Source: Rhodospirillaceae bacterium (GTDB taxonomy: Bacteria > Pseudomonadota > Alphaproteobacteria > UBA8366). Taken from it: 64,000 nt of DNA. The notes beneath the pieces were generated by a model, which saw only the letters and a program-made list of their open reading frames with translations, had not been told where the DNA came from and did no database searches. The stretch spans positions 39,644 through 103,643 of the forward strand of contig PAZH01000079.1 in assembly GCA_002716125.1 (NCBI GenBank), read 5' to 3'. The translations under genes and the position numbers were made by a program. Position 1 is the first letter of the stretch; each line of letters starts with the position of its first letter. This document shows, in pieces, positions 1-9,156 of this stretch.

Positions 1-1
1 T

Positions 2-2092
2 ATGGGCGATACCGGCACGATGCAGACGACCGATCCGACGGCAGACAACTATGTTTCCGCCACTTCGAGCAATGGGGCCACGCTGTCGGTCGACTACGCC
101 CGGCGCGGCAAGAGTGCGCGGCCCCGCTGGAAGTCACTCACCGTTAACGTGACGGGCGGCTATATGCGGGAAGGGGATACGATCACCATCACTTTCGGCG
201 ATACCTCGAAAGGGTCGAACGGCCTCAAGATGCAGACGATGGTCGAGACCGATTTCGAGTTCAAGGTATTGGCGGATGTTTGCGCGGTCGGCCACTTCAT
301 ACCAATCCCGAACACGCCGACCATCGATATCGTTCCAGGCCGGCCCGCCGTCTGGCGCGCCGTGCTATCGAGCTTGCGCCGCCCGGGAGAGAGCTTCCAT
401 TTCGGGCTAAAGGCCGAAGACAGCTGGGGCAATCCGACCGAACATGCAGAGGGAAGTTTCCGCTTCGAGACGACCTTGCCAGTAAACAACCTGCCGGAGA
501 CCTATGACTATCCCCTCGGCGAACGGGCCGTGATGTTCGAAGGATTGAGCTGCGATCAAGCGGGCGAGCTCCGGATCACTGTGAAAGATGCGGCGAGCGG
601 CAACGTGGTCGCGGAATCGCATCCGATGCAAATTCGCGACGGCGACTATGGTGCGTATTGGGGCGACCTGCATGGCCAGAGTGGCGAATCCATCGGTATC
701 GGCACCTCGCACAGCTATTTCGATTTCGCCCGAAACAAGGCGTTCCTCGACCTGACCAGTCATCAGGCGAACGACTTTCAGGTGAACAATAAATTCTGGG
801 CCTATCTGAACGAGCTGGCGGCGGAATTCTTGGAAGAAGGGCGTTTCGTAACCTTCCCGGGCTATGAATGGTCCGGCAACACGGCCGTCGGCGGTGACCG
901 TAACGTCTATTTCCGAACGGAAGGACGGCAGATTCACCGCTCGTCACACGCCTTGCTGCCGGAACGCCATGACCTCGATACGGATGCGCCGAACGTCAAC
1001 CTATTGTTCGAAGCGCTGAAAGACGAAGATTGTGTGATTTACGCTCATGTCGGCGGCCGATACGCCGATATCAAATACGGCCATGACCCGAAACTCGAAC
1101 GGTCCATGGAAATCCATTCCGCTTGGGGGACCTTCGAATGGTTGCTGACGGACGGCTTCCCTTTGGGGCATCGCAGCGGTGTGGTCTGTAACAGCGACGG
1201 CCATAAAGGCCGACCGGGGGCAAGCTACCCCGGCGCCTCGATGTTTGGTGCCTACGGTGGGCTGACCTGCTTTTACGCCAAGGAATTGACTCGCGATGGC
1301 ATCTTCGAATGTCTGCGGAAACGCCACCACTACGGCACCACCGGCACGCGCCTCCATCTCGATGTGCGGGCCGAACTCGCGGGCGGCGGCGAACTGTTCG
1401 ACGAAGATCCGAATGCCTTTCCCGATACCAGCTCGCAGACCGTGAATAGCGTCATGATGGGCGACATTGTGAAGACATCGGACGAATCCGTGACCTTGAA
1501 GGTCGAGGTGTCGGCGCAGAATCCAATCGAGCGGATCGAAATCCGCAACGGCATGGACGTGCTGAAAACGGTGCGCGGATTCAGCGAAAGCGATCTCGGC
1601 GAGCGCATTCGTGTCGTTTGGAGCGGTGCCGAGTATCGAGGCCGTGGACGCGAGACCAATTGGAAGGGCCGCGCTAGTTTTGGCGGTGCACAGATTCGGC
1701 GTATGGAAAAAATCAACGCCTGGAACCACGAGCGGAAGTTGGAGCAGCACGGCGCTGACACGGTGGTTTTCGACGCGATCACGACCGGTAATTTCGGCGG
1801 CTTCGACGCTTGGCTTGAGGGCACGGACGGCGCGTCGCTGGACGTCTCGACCAATCTCGGCACCTTGCAGGTACCGCTCTCTGATATTGGGGTCGAAGAT
1901 GTGACGATGGAAGCCGGTGGGCTCGAGCGTAAGATCCGCGCCTTCCGGTTGCCGGAAGATAATCCACATCGCACGATCACGACGGAACTCGAAATTCCGA
2001 TCAAGGCGGATGGTGACAACCCGCTCTGGGTCTGCGTCACCACGGAAGACGGCTTCCAAGCCTGGAGCAGCCCAATCTACGTCTTCAATTAG
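2..2092 (+). CDS. DUF3604 (PHP-like, metal-dependent) family protein
   Basis: 696-aa ORF with its ATG at nt 2, so the true start may lie upstream of the window. The motifs YWGDLHGQSGES, PGYEWSG and EIHSAWG resemble the metal-site motifs of DUF3604 proteins (recognised from memory). Confidence 0.65.
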   Translation: MGDTGTMQTTDPTADNYVSATSSNGATLSVDYARRGKSARPRWKSLTVNVTGGYMREGDTITITFGDTSKGSNGLKMQTMVETDFEFKVLADVCAVGHFIPIPNTPTIDIVPGRPAVWRAVLSSLRRPGESFHFGLKAEDSWGNPTEHAEGSFRFETTLPVNNLPETYDYPLGERAVMFEGLSCDQAGELRITVKDAASGNVVAESHPMQIRDGDYGAYWGDLHGQSGESIGIGTSHSYFDFARNKAFLDLTSHQANDFQVNNKFWAYLNELAAEFLEEGRFVTFPGYEWSGNTAVGGDRNVYFRTEGRQIHRSSHALLPERHDLDTDAPNVNLLFEALKDEDCVIYAHVGGRYADIKYGHDPKLERSMEIHSAWGTFEWLLTDGFPLGHRSGVVCNSDGHKGRPGASYPGASMFGAYGGLTCFYAKELTRDGIFECLRKRHHYGTTGTRLHLDVRAELAGGGELFDEDPNAFPDTSSQTVNSVMMGDIVKTSDESVTLKVEVSAQNPIERIEIRNGMDVLKTVRGFSESDLGERIRVVWSGAEYRGRGRETNWKGRASFGGAQIRRMEKINAWNHERKLEQHGADTVVFDAITTGNFGGFDAWLEGTDGASLDVSTNLGTLQVPLSDIGVEDVTMEAGGLERKIRAFRLPEDNPHRTITTELEIPIKADGDNPLWVCVTTEDGFQAWSSPIYVFN

Positions 2093-2184
2093 AGGACCGT
2101 TCGTTGCCTACGAAGCCGGGCGCTTGCACTGTTCGAAGAAGGATTGAATAGCGCCTTTATTCCGGCCGGATTTGGAGTGTGCCC

Positions 2185-3078
2185 ATGACCGATACGACTT
2201 ATACCCCCCGCTTTCCCGTGCCGAAGGGCGCTTGCGACTGCCATTACCATGTCTTTGGGCCGGCGGCGCGGTATGCGCCGAAGCCGGAGATTCGGCATTT
2301 GATGCCGGATGCGTTGGCTGTGGATCATGCGGCGATGCGGGCGCGGGTGGGATTGGAGCGGATGGTGCTGGTGCAAGTCGGGGGTTACTACCCAGACAAT
2401 CAGCCGATGCTCGAGGTCCTGGCGGCGGAAGGGGACAAGATGCGCGGTGTCGCGGCCTACGATCCGGCGATCGAAGCGGACGAGATCGCCAGTCTCAATG
2501 CAGCCGGTGCGCGCGGCATGCGGGTCAGTCCCGGACGCGACTTGAGCGACGATCGGCTGGACGAGGTCTGGAGCATCGTCATGCGCCTGGCGAAGTTGTT
2601 CGAACCGGTCGGCTGGCATATCCAATTCCTGCTGTCGGGACATATGCGCGACGCTCTGTTGCCGCGCCTCAAGGATGTGCCGGTGCCGGTGGTGATCGAT
2701 CACTTGGGGCTCTTCCGCCCAGAGCGCACCGACGGCCATAAAGGGTACGAAGCTTTTTTAAAGGCGATGGAGAGCGCGAACACCTGGACCAAGGTGTCTG
2801 GCGCCGACCGGGTGACGCGCGACGGCAACTACGAGAACGCGATCCCGATCATGCGGGATTTGATCGCTGTCGCGCCGGAACGCTTGGTTTGGGGGACGGA
2901 TTGGCCGCATACCCCGGAACGCCCGCCACTTGCGGACGGCGAAGGGCCGGTCACGTTGGCTTATACGGATGTGGACGAAAACAAATGTATCTCCGTTTTG
3001 GCCGACGCATGCCCGGACGAAGCGACGTTCAAGGCCATCCTTGTGGATAACCCAGCGCGGCTATACGGCTTCGAATAA
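2185..3078 (+). CDS. amidohydrolase-2 family protein (LigI-type lactonase-like)
   Basis: ATG at 2185 follows a GGAG. The N-terminal CDCHYHVFGP and C-terminal WGTDWPH motifs are typical of this family. The ORF-track start at 2179 is an upstream GTG. Confidence 0.75.
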   Translation: MTDTTYTPRFPVPKGACDCHYHVFGPAARYAPKPEIRHLMPDALAVDHAAMRARVGLERMVLVQVGGYYPDNQPMLEVLAAEGDKMRGVAAYDPAIEADEIASLNAAGARGMRVSPGRDLSDDRLDEVWSIVMRLAKLFEPVGWHIQFLLSGHMRDALLPRLKDVPVPVVIDHLGLFRPERTDGHKGYEAFLKAMESANTWTKVSGADRVTRDGNYENAIPIMRDLIAVAPERLVWGTDWPHTPERPPLADGEGPVTLAYTDVDENKCISVLADACPDEATFKAILVDNPARLYGFE

Positions 3079-3248
3079 TTTGCGGAAAGACCGCGTCCAT
3101 TCGACGGGCTCCGGATGAGCTCTCGACCAAATGCTGCCTAGACGGAACGTGTCGAAGCGCGGGTCACCTAGACAAGTGAAGTGACTTGGCTACGTTTCTA
3201 AGAGACACAATCGGTTTGGATTGTGTCCTTTGGGCACGGGCGAAACGA

Positions 3249-3725
3249 ATGAATCGATTGGAACTGCGGCTGGCGGCGCTGGACGACGCGTTGCCGGAGA
3301 CCGCGTCGCCGGAAATGGCGCAGGTACTCGCCTATTGGCGCTCGCTCTTCAAAGGCGATGTCTTGCCGGACCGGCGCGACCTCGATCCCGTGCAAATACC
3401 CAAACTACTCCCCGGTATTATCCTGATCGATATCCACCGCGATCCTTACCGTTTCCGGTTTCGTCTGATCGGCGAGCGGATGGTCGCGTATCACGGCCGA
3501 AACCTGGCGGGCTTTTGGATGGACGAGGCGTTTCCGCACTTCAATGAAACCGCGACGCCTGGCAACATCGTCGACGTCGCGGAAAATCATGTGATCAACT
3601 ACCGCAACGGACCGCCACTGATGACTTACCAGAAGACCTTTATCGAAATGGAACGGATCTTCCTACCCTGTCGCAACGGTGGCGACTTGGTCGAGTTGCT
3701 GCTGACCTTCACGATCTGCCGATAG
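3249..3725 (+). CDS. PAS-like domain protein (DUF1457-type)
   Basis: Small soluble ORF. The pattern LAYWRSL..GDVLPDRRDLDP..LLPGIILIDI matches small alphaproteobacterial PAS-like proteins (from memory). The start is uncertain: TTG 3186 or ATG 3249. Confidence 0.5.
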   Translation: MNRLELRLAALDDALPETASPEMAQVLAYWRSLFKGDVLPDRRDLDPVQIPKLLPGIILIDIHRDPYRFRFRLIGERMVAYHGRNLAGFWMDEAFPHFNETATPGNIVDVAENHVINYRNGPPLMTYQKTFIEMERIFLPCRNGGDLVELLLTFTICR

Positions 3726-3726
3726 G

Positions 3727-4497
3727 TTATCCGCTCGTTCTTGCCGTAAAATCGTCAAGCTGGGCACGCACGCCCGCGACCATCGAATTCAGGTCCGAGG
3801 TGAGCATGACCATGTCGAAGCCCCGCTCGATGGCGCCCGCCGCGAATTCGGCACCGGCGCAATGCATGACCGCCTTGATGCCGTGCTTGTGCGCCGTGTC
3901 GCGAATCTTGTCGCAGGTCTCAAGGTGGACCGGGTTTGGGTTGTCTGGCTGCGGCGGCAAATCCAGGGCAAACGATAAGTCGGCGGGGCCGATATAGACG
4001 GCATCGAGGCCCGGGGTGGCGCAAATCTCGTCGAGATTGGCGATCCCTTCCTTGGTCTCGATCATGGCCATCACAACGATTTCGTCGTTCGCCTCGGTGA
4101 AGTAATTCGCGCCGCCGTAATGGGCTGCCCGGACCGGGCCGGAAGAACGGAAGCCGGTCGGTGGATAGCGGCACGCGGCCACCGCTTGGGCTGCTTCTTC
4201 CGCGTTATTCACCAACGGTACAATGATGCCGTAGGCGCCAAGATCGAGCGCCTTCATGATCGCGGCGGGATCGTTCCAGGCGACGCGAACGACCGGAACG
4301 GTTTCGGTCTGAGAGATTGCCTGCAGCATCGGCAGGATCGTATTTAGTTCCGAAGTGCCGTGCTGTAGGTCGACGCAAAGACAGTCGAATCCTTGGCGTG
4401 CCATCATCTCGGCGGTGAAGGGATGCGATATGGAACACCAGCCCATGGTCCCGCTTTTGCCGTCGCGCCACATCTGTTTGATCTTGTTCGGTCGCAT
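3727..4497 (-). CDS. HpcH/HpaI family aldolase
   Basis: 256 aa, ATG preceded by AAGGAA. The N-terminus (KIKQMWRDGK..GWCSI..PFTAEMMARQGFDCLCVDLQHG) is typical of 2,4-dihydroxyhept-2-ene-1,7-dioate aldolase-like enzymes. Confidence 0.8.
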   Translation of the reverse strand: MRPNKIKQMWRDGKSGTMGWCSISHPFTAEMMARQGFDCLCVDLQHGTSELNTILPMLQAISQTETVPVVRVAWNDPAAIMKALDLGAYGIIVPLVNNAEEAAQAVAACRYPPTGFRSSGPVRAAHYGGANYFTEANDEIVVMAMIETKEGIANLDEICATPGLDAVYIGPADLSFALDLPPQPDNPNPVHLETCDKIRDTAHKHGIKAVMHCAGAEFAAGAIERGFDMVMLTSDLNSMVAGVRAQLDDFTARTSG

Positions 4498-4616
4498 GGT
4501 CGTTCCTTCGCTTTTGTTCTAATCGTATCGTTGTTCGGACGGAGTTTTTCCGGCGAAACCTATAAACTGATCCGTTCCGGAGAAGTGTCGACCCCTACGG
4601 TTGCATTGTTTAGAAT

Positions 4617-5822
4617 GTGGCTAGACCGCTCCGTTGCCGCCCAGTTGGGGAGTTACCGAAATTGCGTTATCGATTTGCAAGACAAGCGGAGACGCTTGGC
4701 AAGTCCGTCTATGATCATGCGCCGGGTGCAATTATGTTGAGCGCCGGTTCTGCTTATCCGATGAGCTTACCGGATGTCTCGCATGAAGCTGCGGAGGCGG
4801 CCCGGCACAAAGAAGAAACGATGCAGTACGGGCCCTTGATGGGGCTCGACGACTTGCGGGATTGTATCGCGGCCTATGTGGCGGAAGACGGCGTCACGTG
4901 CAGTCGCGAAAACATTCTGGCGACCAATGGCGCCAAACATGCGACGGAGCTGGCGTTGCGCGTTTTTACGGAGGCGGGCGACCGGATTATCGTGTCGGCA
5001 CCGACGTATATGACGACGTTGCAGACCTTTCGGAACTACGGCCTGAATTTATTGGGCGTCCCACAAGACGTTGAGGGCTTGGACGCCGATCTATTGGAAA
5101 CGCGTCTACGCACGCTGCGCGACAACGGAGAGCCTTTGCCGAAGCTCCTGTTCGATATTCCGGATTTTCACAATCCGACCGGCATTACCATGTCTTTGGA
5201 ACGGCGAAAGCGGTTGATCGAGCTTGCGCTTGAGTACGAATTCGTCATCGTCGAAGACGATCCCTATCGGCGCCTTCGCTTTGAAGGCGAGCCGGTACCG
5301 CCCATTAAGTCACTCGATACGGAGGGCATCGTCATCGCTGTCGGCACCGTCTCGAAGATCCTCTCACCCGGCTTGCGCGTCGGTTGGGCGATCGCGGCGC
5401 CCGAGATCGTCAAACGAATGGCGTTGCAAAAGTCGGACGGCGGTTCCTCCCCGTTCAATCAGCGGATCGTTGCCAGTCTGATGCGATCGAACAAGATGGG
5501 CCTGCATATCGCTGAGGTCTCGCAACACATGAAGGCCCATCGCGATGCGATGATTGACGCGCTCGCGACGGCGCTGCCGGGGGCGACGGTGCGGAAGCCG
5601 GAAGGCGGATATTTCCTGTGGGTGGAATTACCGGAAGGGATGTCAGGTGACGCGTTGGCGGCACGCGGTGTCGCCCATGGCGTGGAGGTGAGCCCGGGCC
5701 GGGTCTGTTTTCCGACGGCGGCAGCGGGAAATTATCTCCGTTTGGCCTATAGTTTCGTCGGTCCGGACACGATCCGCGACGGCATTCGCCGGCTGGGTAT
5801 AGCGTATAAAGAGTTGTTGTAG
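4617..5822 (+). CDS. PLP-dependent aminotransferase (class I/II fold)
   Basis: About 400 aa. It has a PLP-lysine context (VGTVSKILSPGLRVGW) and an aminotransferase-like N-terminus. The start (GTG 4617) is uncertain. Confidence 0.7.
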   Translation: MARPLRCRPVGELPKLRYRFARQAETLGKSVYDHAPGAIMLSAGSAYPMSLPDVSHEAAEAARHKEETMQYGPLMGLDDLRDCIAAYVAEDGVTCSRENILATNGAKHATELALRVFTEAGDRIIVSAPTYMTTLQTFRNYGLNLLGVPQDVEGLDADLLETRLRTLRDNGEPLPKLLFDIPDFHNPTGITMSLERRKRLIELALEYEFVIVEDDPYRRLRFEGEPVPPIKSLDTEGIVIAVGTVSKILSPGLRVGWAIAAPEIVKRMALQKSDGGSSPFNQRIVASLMRSNKMGLHIAEVSQHMKAHRDAMIDALATALPGATVRKPEGGYFLWVELPEGMSGDALAARGVAHGVEVSPGRVCFPTAAAGNYLRLAYSFVGPDTIRDGIRRLGIAYKELL

Positions 5823-5841
5823 GCGACATAAAGGAACGTCC

Positions 5842-6807
5842 GTGGAATACACGAATTTAGGCAATACAGGCATCCGGGCGAGCGTCGCCGGATTGGGCTG
5901 CGGCGGCGGCAGCCGGCTCGGCCAGGCGCGCGGTCTCTCGACGCAGGAATCAGTGGCCCTCGTGCGGGTCGCCATGGACCTTGGCGTCAACTATCTCGAC
6001 ACGGCGGCGGTCTACGGCACGGAGGCGATTGTCGGCGAAGCGATCAAAGCGGTGCCCCGGGATGAGATTTTCGTCGCGACCAAAGCGACCATCCGTAAGG
6101 GAGGAGATCTCCTGCCGGTCGAGGACATGATCGCCAGTCTCGAGAACTCGCTGCGCGAGATCGACACTGACTATGTCGACGTCTTCCAGTTCCACGCGGT
6201 CCCGCCTGCGCTCTACGACCGTATCCGCGAAGAATACGCACCGGCGTTTTTGCGCGAAAAGGAGAAGGGCAAGATCCGCCATCTCGGCCTGACGGAAACC
6301 CCGCCGAACGATCCGGCGGGGGAGATGCTGATCAAGGCGTCCCAAGACCCGGTTTGGGAAGTGGTGATGCTGGGCTTCCACATGATGCATCAAGTGGCGC
6401 GGCGGAATTGCTTTCCCGGCACCATGAAGAACGGTATCGGCACGGCCATCATGTTCGTGGTCCGCAGTATTTTCAGCATTCCGGGCCGCCTCGAAGAAAC
6501 CATGGCGACGCTGGCGGCAGATGGGAAAGTTCCGGCGTGGCTCGCCGAGAGCGACAATCCTTTAGGTTTCCTGATCCACGACAATGGCGGCGCCAAGAGC
6601 GTCATCGATGCGGCCTATCGCTATGCCCGCCACGAGCCCGGCACCGACGTGATCCTGTTCGGCAGCGGCATCGAAGAGCATATCCGCACCAACATCGGAT
6701 CGATCCTGGGGCCGCCGTTGCCCGAAGCGGATGTCGCCAAGCTGGAGGCATTATTCGGCCACCTGGAGGGCGTTGGCCTCGACCTACCGGAGCCACGGAA
6801 GACGTGA
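5842..6807 (+). CDS. aldo/keto reductase
   Basis: GTG start 5 nt after AAGGAA. The N-terminus MEYTNLGNTGIRASVAGLGCGG and the motif LDTAAVYG are typical AKR features. Confidence 0.85.
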   Translation: MEYTNLGNTGIRASVAGLGCGGGSRLGQARGLSTQESVALVRVAMDLGVNYLDTAAVYGTEAIVGEAIKAVPRDEIFVATKATIRKGGDLLPVEDMIASLENSLREIDTDYVDVFQFHAVPPALYDRIREEYAPAFLREKEKGKIRHLGLTETPPNDPAGEMLIKASQDPVWEVVMLGFHMMHQVARRNCFPGTMKNGIGTAIMFVVRSIFSIPGRLEETMATLAADGKVPAWLAESDNPLGFLIHDNGGAKSVIDAAYRYARHEPGTDVILFGSGIEEHIRTNIGSILGPPLPEADVAKLEALFGHLEGVGLDLPEPRKT

Positions 6808-6821
6808 ATATCCATCGGCTC

Positions 6822-6943
6822 GTCATTCCGGAAACGCAAAGCGTTATCCGGAATTATTGTCTGAGCGTTCACGGACGGCATCTCAATAGCTGTAAGGCTC
6901 CGGCAGAAATTCCGAGTTCCCGCGACGCGGGCCCCGGAATGAC
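6822..6943. repeat. REP/MITE-like palindromic element (GTCATTCCGG ... CCGGAATGAC)
   Basis: The two ends are a perfect 10-nt inverted repeat. Each end also contains an internal hairpin (aacgc-aaa-gcgtt and cccgcg-ac-gcggg). The element is intergenic. Confidence 0.6.
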
Positions 6944-6955
6944 AAAACTCAGCCG

Positions 6956-7180
6956 CTACCGCTCCGCCAGTGTCTGTTCGAACCCGTAGAGGATCAGCAC
7001 GGCGGCGATGAACCCAATGCCGCCCGCCATCACCAGACTGGCGAAGAGGCGCTTCGGGTTGAAAGGATGCACCTCTGTATCGTCGAGGTCCGGTTCGCCC
7101 GTCTTCCGCTTATGCATCCCCATGCCGAAGAACAGCAGCCCCGTCACCGCAAACCAAACGGCCATGAAGGTAACCGTCAT
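6956..7180 (-). CDS. hypothetical small membrane protein (two predicted TM helices)
   Basis: 74-aa ORF with two hydrophobic stretches (FMAVWFAVTGLLFFGMG and LVMAGGIGFIAAVLILYGF). The SD is weak and I recognise no family. Confidence 0.4.
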   Translation of the reverse strand: MTVTFMAVWFAVTGLLFFGMGMHKRKTGEPDLDDTEVHPFNPKRLFASLVMAGGIGFIAAVLILYGFEQTLAER

Positions 7181-7280
7181 CTAAACACCATTCGTCATGT
7201 TTGCGCGCACTTCCGGCCGCATTATAGCAGTTTTTAGACCTTAGGGTGACGGTAAAGGAACCGGGATGGCCTGCGCGGCC

Positions 7281-8030
7281 CTAAATCTCCACCACCAAGC
7301 CGTCGTGCGCGCATTCCTCGGGTACCTTGTCGGCCATCGCCAGCATTTCGGGCGACATATGAGTGAGGATCGTGCGTTTGGCTTGGAACTCGTCCCAGTG
7401 TTCTTTCACGTCCGGATAGTTGATGTGGAATCGCACCGGTTTCTCGTAGAAATAGGATTCGCAGATGAACAGATCCGCGTCTTTCGAGATTTTCGGAATG
7501 TGTTTGGTCCAGGCACTGTCCCCGGTATACGACACGACTTTGCCGCCGGCCTCGACGCGGAGCGACATCGGGTGCGTCTTCGGCGTGTGGTTGGCGGGGT
7601 AGGGGGTGACCACCGCATGTTCGCCGACCTTATTCGGTTTCATCAGCTCCAACTCGACGAAGGTGAGGTCGAACTTCGGGACCATAATATCGCTGCCGGG
7701 CAGCATGGATTCCATCATCTCACGCAGGCGAGTTTCTGTATCGCGCGGTCCGGCAATGATCAGCGGCTTCGTGCGCTTCGCGGCCAGCATTGCATCCAGC
7801 AGCATCGAGGGAATGCCCGAGCAGTGATCCGCGTGGATATGCGAGAAGATCACGGCGTCGAGCGAGGCGTGCTTGATTCCGGCCTGTTGTAAGGCGACGA
7901 GCGAGGTTGCGCCGAACTCGATGGCGTAGCGAAAGCCCTCGACATCGACGACGAAGCAGGAGTTGAAACGACCGCCGGATCCGAAGGCATCGCCGCAGCC
8001 GGCAAAGGTCACCGTATTCGTTTTCGTCAT
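7281..8030 (-). CDS. MBL-fold metallo-hydrolase
   Basis: HIHADH metal motif. I chose the ATG at 8030 (MTKTNTVTFAGCGDAFG) because the 65 codons upstream in the ORF track are Arg/Pro/Ser-rich and overlap the LysR gene. That start gives a 4-nt ATGA-type overlap with the upstream gene. Confidence 0.75.
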   Translation of the reverse strand: MTKTNTVTFAGCGDAFGSGGRFNSCFVVDVEGFRYAIEFGATSLVALQQAGIKHASLDAVIFSHIHADHCSGIPSMLLDAMLAAKRTKPLIIAGPRDTETRLREMMESMLPGSDIMVPKFDLTFVELELMKPNKVGEHAVVTPYPANHTPKTHPMSLRVEAGGKVVSYTGDSAWTKHIPKISKDADLFICESYFYEKPVRFHINYPDVKEHWDEFQAKRTILTHMSPEMLAMADKVPEECAHDGLVVEI

Positions 8031-8938
8031 GCCGCTTCCCGTTTGCTCCGGCCCGCCAAGCGCGGGGCTTCTTGTTTGAAGAGCCGGATCAGTTCGTCCA
8101 TCACGGCGCGGACGCTCGGGACTTTTTTCAGGTCCCGGTGAACCACCAGATTGAGATCGCTTTCGACTCCTTGGATCGGTGCCGTCAGACGGACGAGGTC
8201 CGGATCGCTGTCGCCAGCAAAGCATGGGAGGACACCCAGGCCCGCACCGATACGGACGGCGTCGTGGATTGCGTGGCCATTATTCATACGGATGGCCGGT
8301 GCGCGTCCGGCGAGTTTTTCGCGCAGCCAGGTCTGGCCGTCGAAATATACATGATCGTCGTCGAAGGCGACCCATTCGCAATCTTGGTAGCGCTTGTTGC
8401 CACGCGCGGCGGGTGTCGCCGCGACGTATGCATGTGACCCATAGACCGCGTAGGAAAGCTCGCCGAGTTTACGCGCAATGAGACCTGGTGTGTCCGGTAA
8501 GCACACTTGCAACACCAAGTCTGCTTCGCGGCGCGAAAGATTGGCATTCATATGATTGACCGAGAGTTCGATCTCGATCTCCGGCAGATTCGCCCGGATC
8601 GCCGGCAGATGCATCGTCACAAATTGGGCAGGAACCTCAAACACGGAAAGGCGGACGGTGCCGCTTACCGTGTCGGCCAAGGTGGCCTGGCGGCGCTGCA
8701 ACGCGTGCGCGGCTTTCTCCATGTCTTCTGCGATCGGCAGGAGTTCTTCACCTGCTTGGGTTGGCACGAAACCGTCCGGCAAGCGGTCAAACAATCGCGT
8801 ACCAAGATCGCTTTCAAGTTGCCCGAGTCGGCGTCCCACGGTCGGCTGCGTCACCTTCAGATGCCGGGCGGCCGCCGAAAGGCTGCCGTCCCGCGCCACC
8901 GCGAGGAACACCCGCATGTCGTCCCAATTCATTGTCAT
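8027..8938 (-). CDS. LysR family transcriptional regulator
   Basis: N-terminal HTH (MRVFLAVARDGSLSAAARHLKVTQPTVGRRL) followed by a LysR substrate-binding domain of the expected length. Confidence 0.9.
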   Translation of the reverse strand: MTMNWDDMRVFLAVARDGSLSAAARHLKVTQPTVGRRLGQLESDLGTRLFDRLPDGFVPTQAGEELLPIAEDMEKAAHALQRRQATLADTVSGTVRLSVFEVPAQFVTMHLPAIRANLPEIEIELSVNHMNANLSRREADLVLQVCLPDTPGLIARKLGELSYAVYGSHAYVAATPAARGNKRYQDCEWVAFDDDHVYFDGQTWLREKLAGRAPAIRMNNGHAIHDAVRIGAGLGVLPCFAGDSDPDLVRLTAPIQGVESDLNLVVHRDLKKVPSVRAVMDELIRLFKQEAPRLAGRSKREAA

Positions 8939-9057
8939 CGGCGGAAACCCTTAGGAAATGTGCCTATGCGAATTTTTATAGATGGTATGCAAAATCGAAA
9001 ACGGCGCAACAAATATTTTTAGGGTATGTATTGCCTCATGGAAGAGGTCTAATGAAT

Positions 9058-9128
9058 GTCATTCCCGCGAAGGCGGGAATCCAAGAAATGGATTTGAGCC
9101 ACTGGAGTCCCGCTTTCGCGGGAATGAC
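9058..9128. repeat. MITE-like element with terminal inverted repeats GTCATTCCCGCGAA / TTCGCGGGAATGAC
   Basis: 71-bp element. The two ends are a perfect 14-nt inverted repeat and each forms its own hairpin (attcccgc-gaag-gcgggaat and tcccgc-tttc-gcggga). It lies in the divergent LysR / ABC-exporter intergenic region. Confidence 0.65.
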
Positions 9129-9156
9129 GGCTATAAGGTAACGGGACAAGACGCGC

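Noticed and set aside
7281-8225. The ORF-track model gives the MBL-fold hydrolase a 65-aa N-terminal extension
   Set aside because: The extension is Arg/Pro/Ser-rich and overlaps the C-terminal coding region of the LysR gene by ~200 nt. The ATG at 8030 yields a normal MBL N-terminus and a 4-nt coupled overlap.
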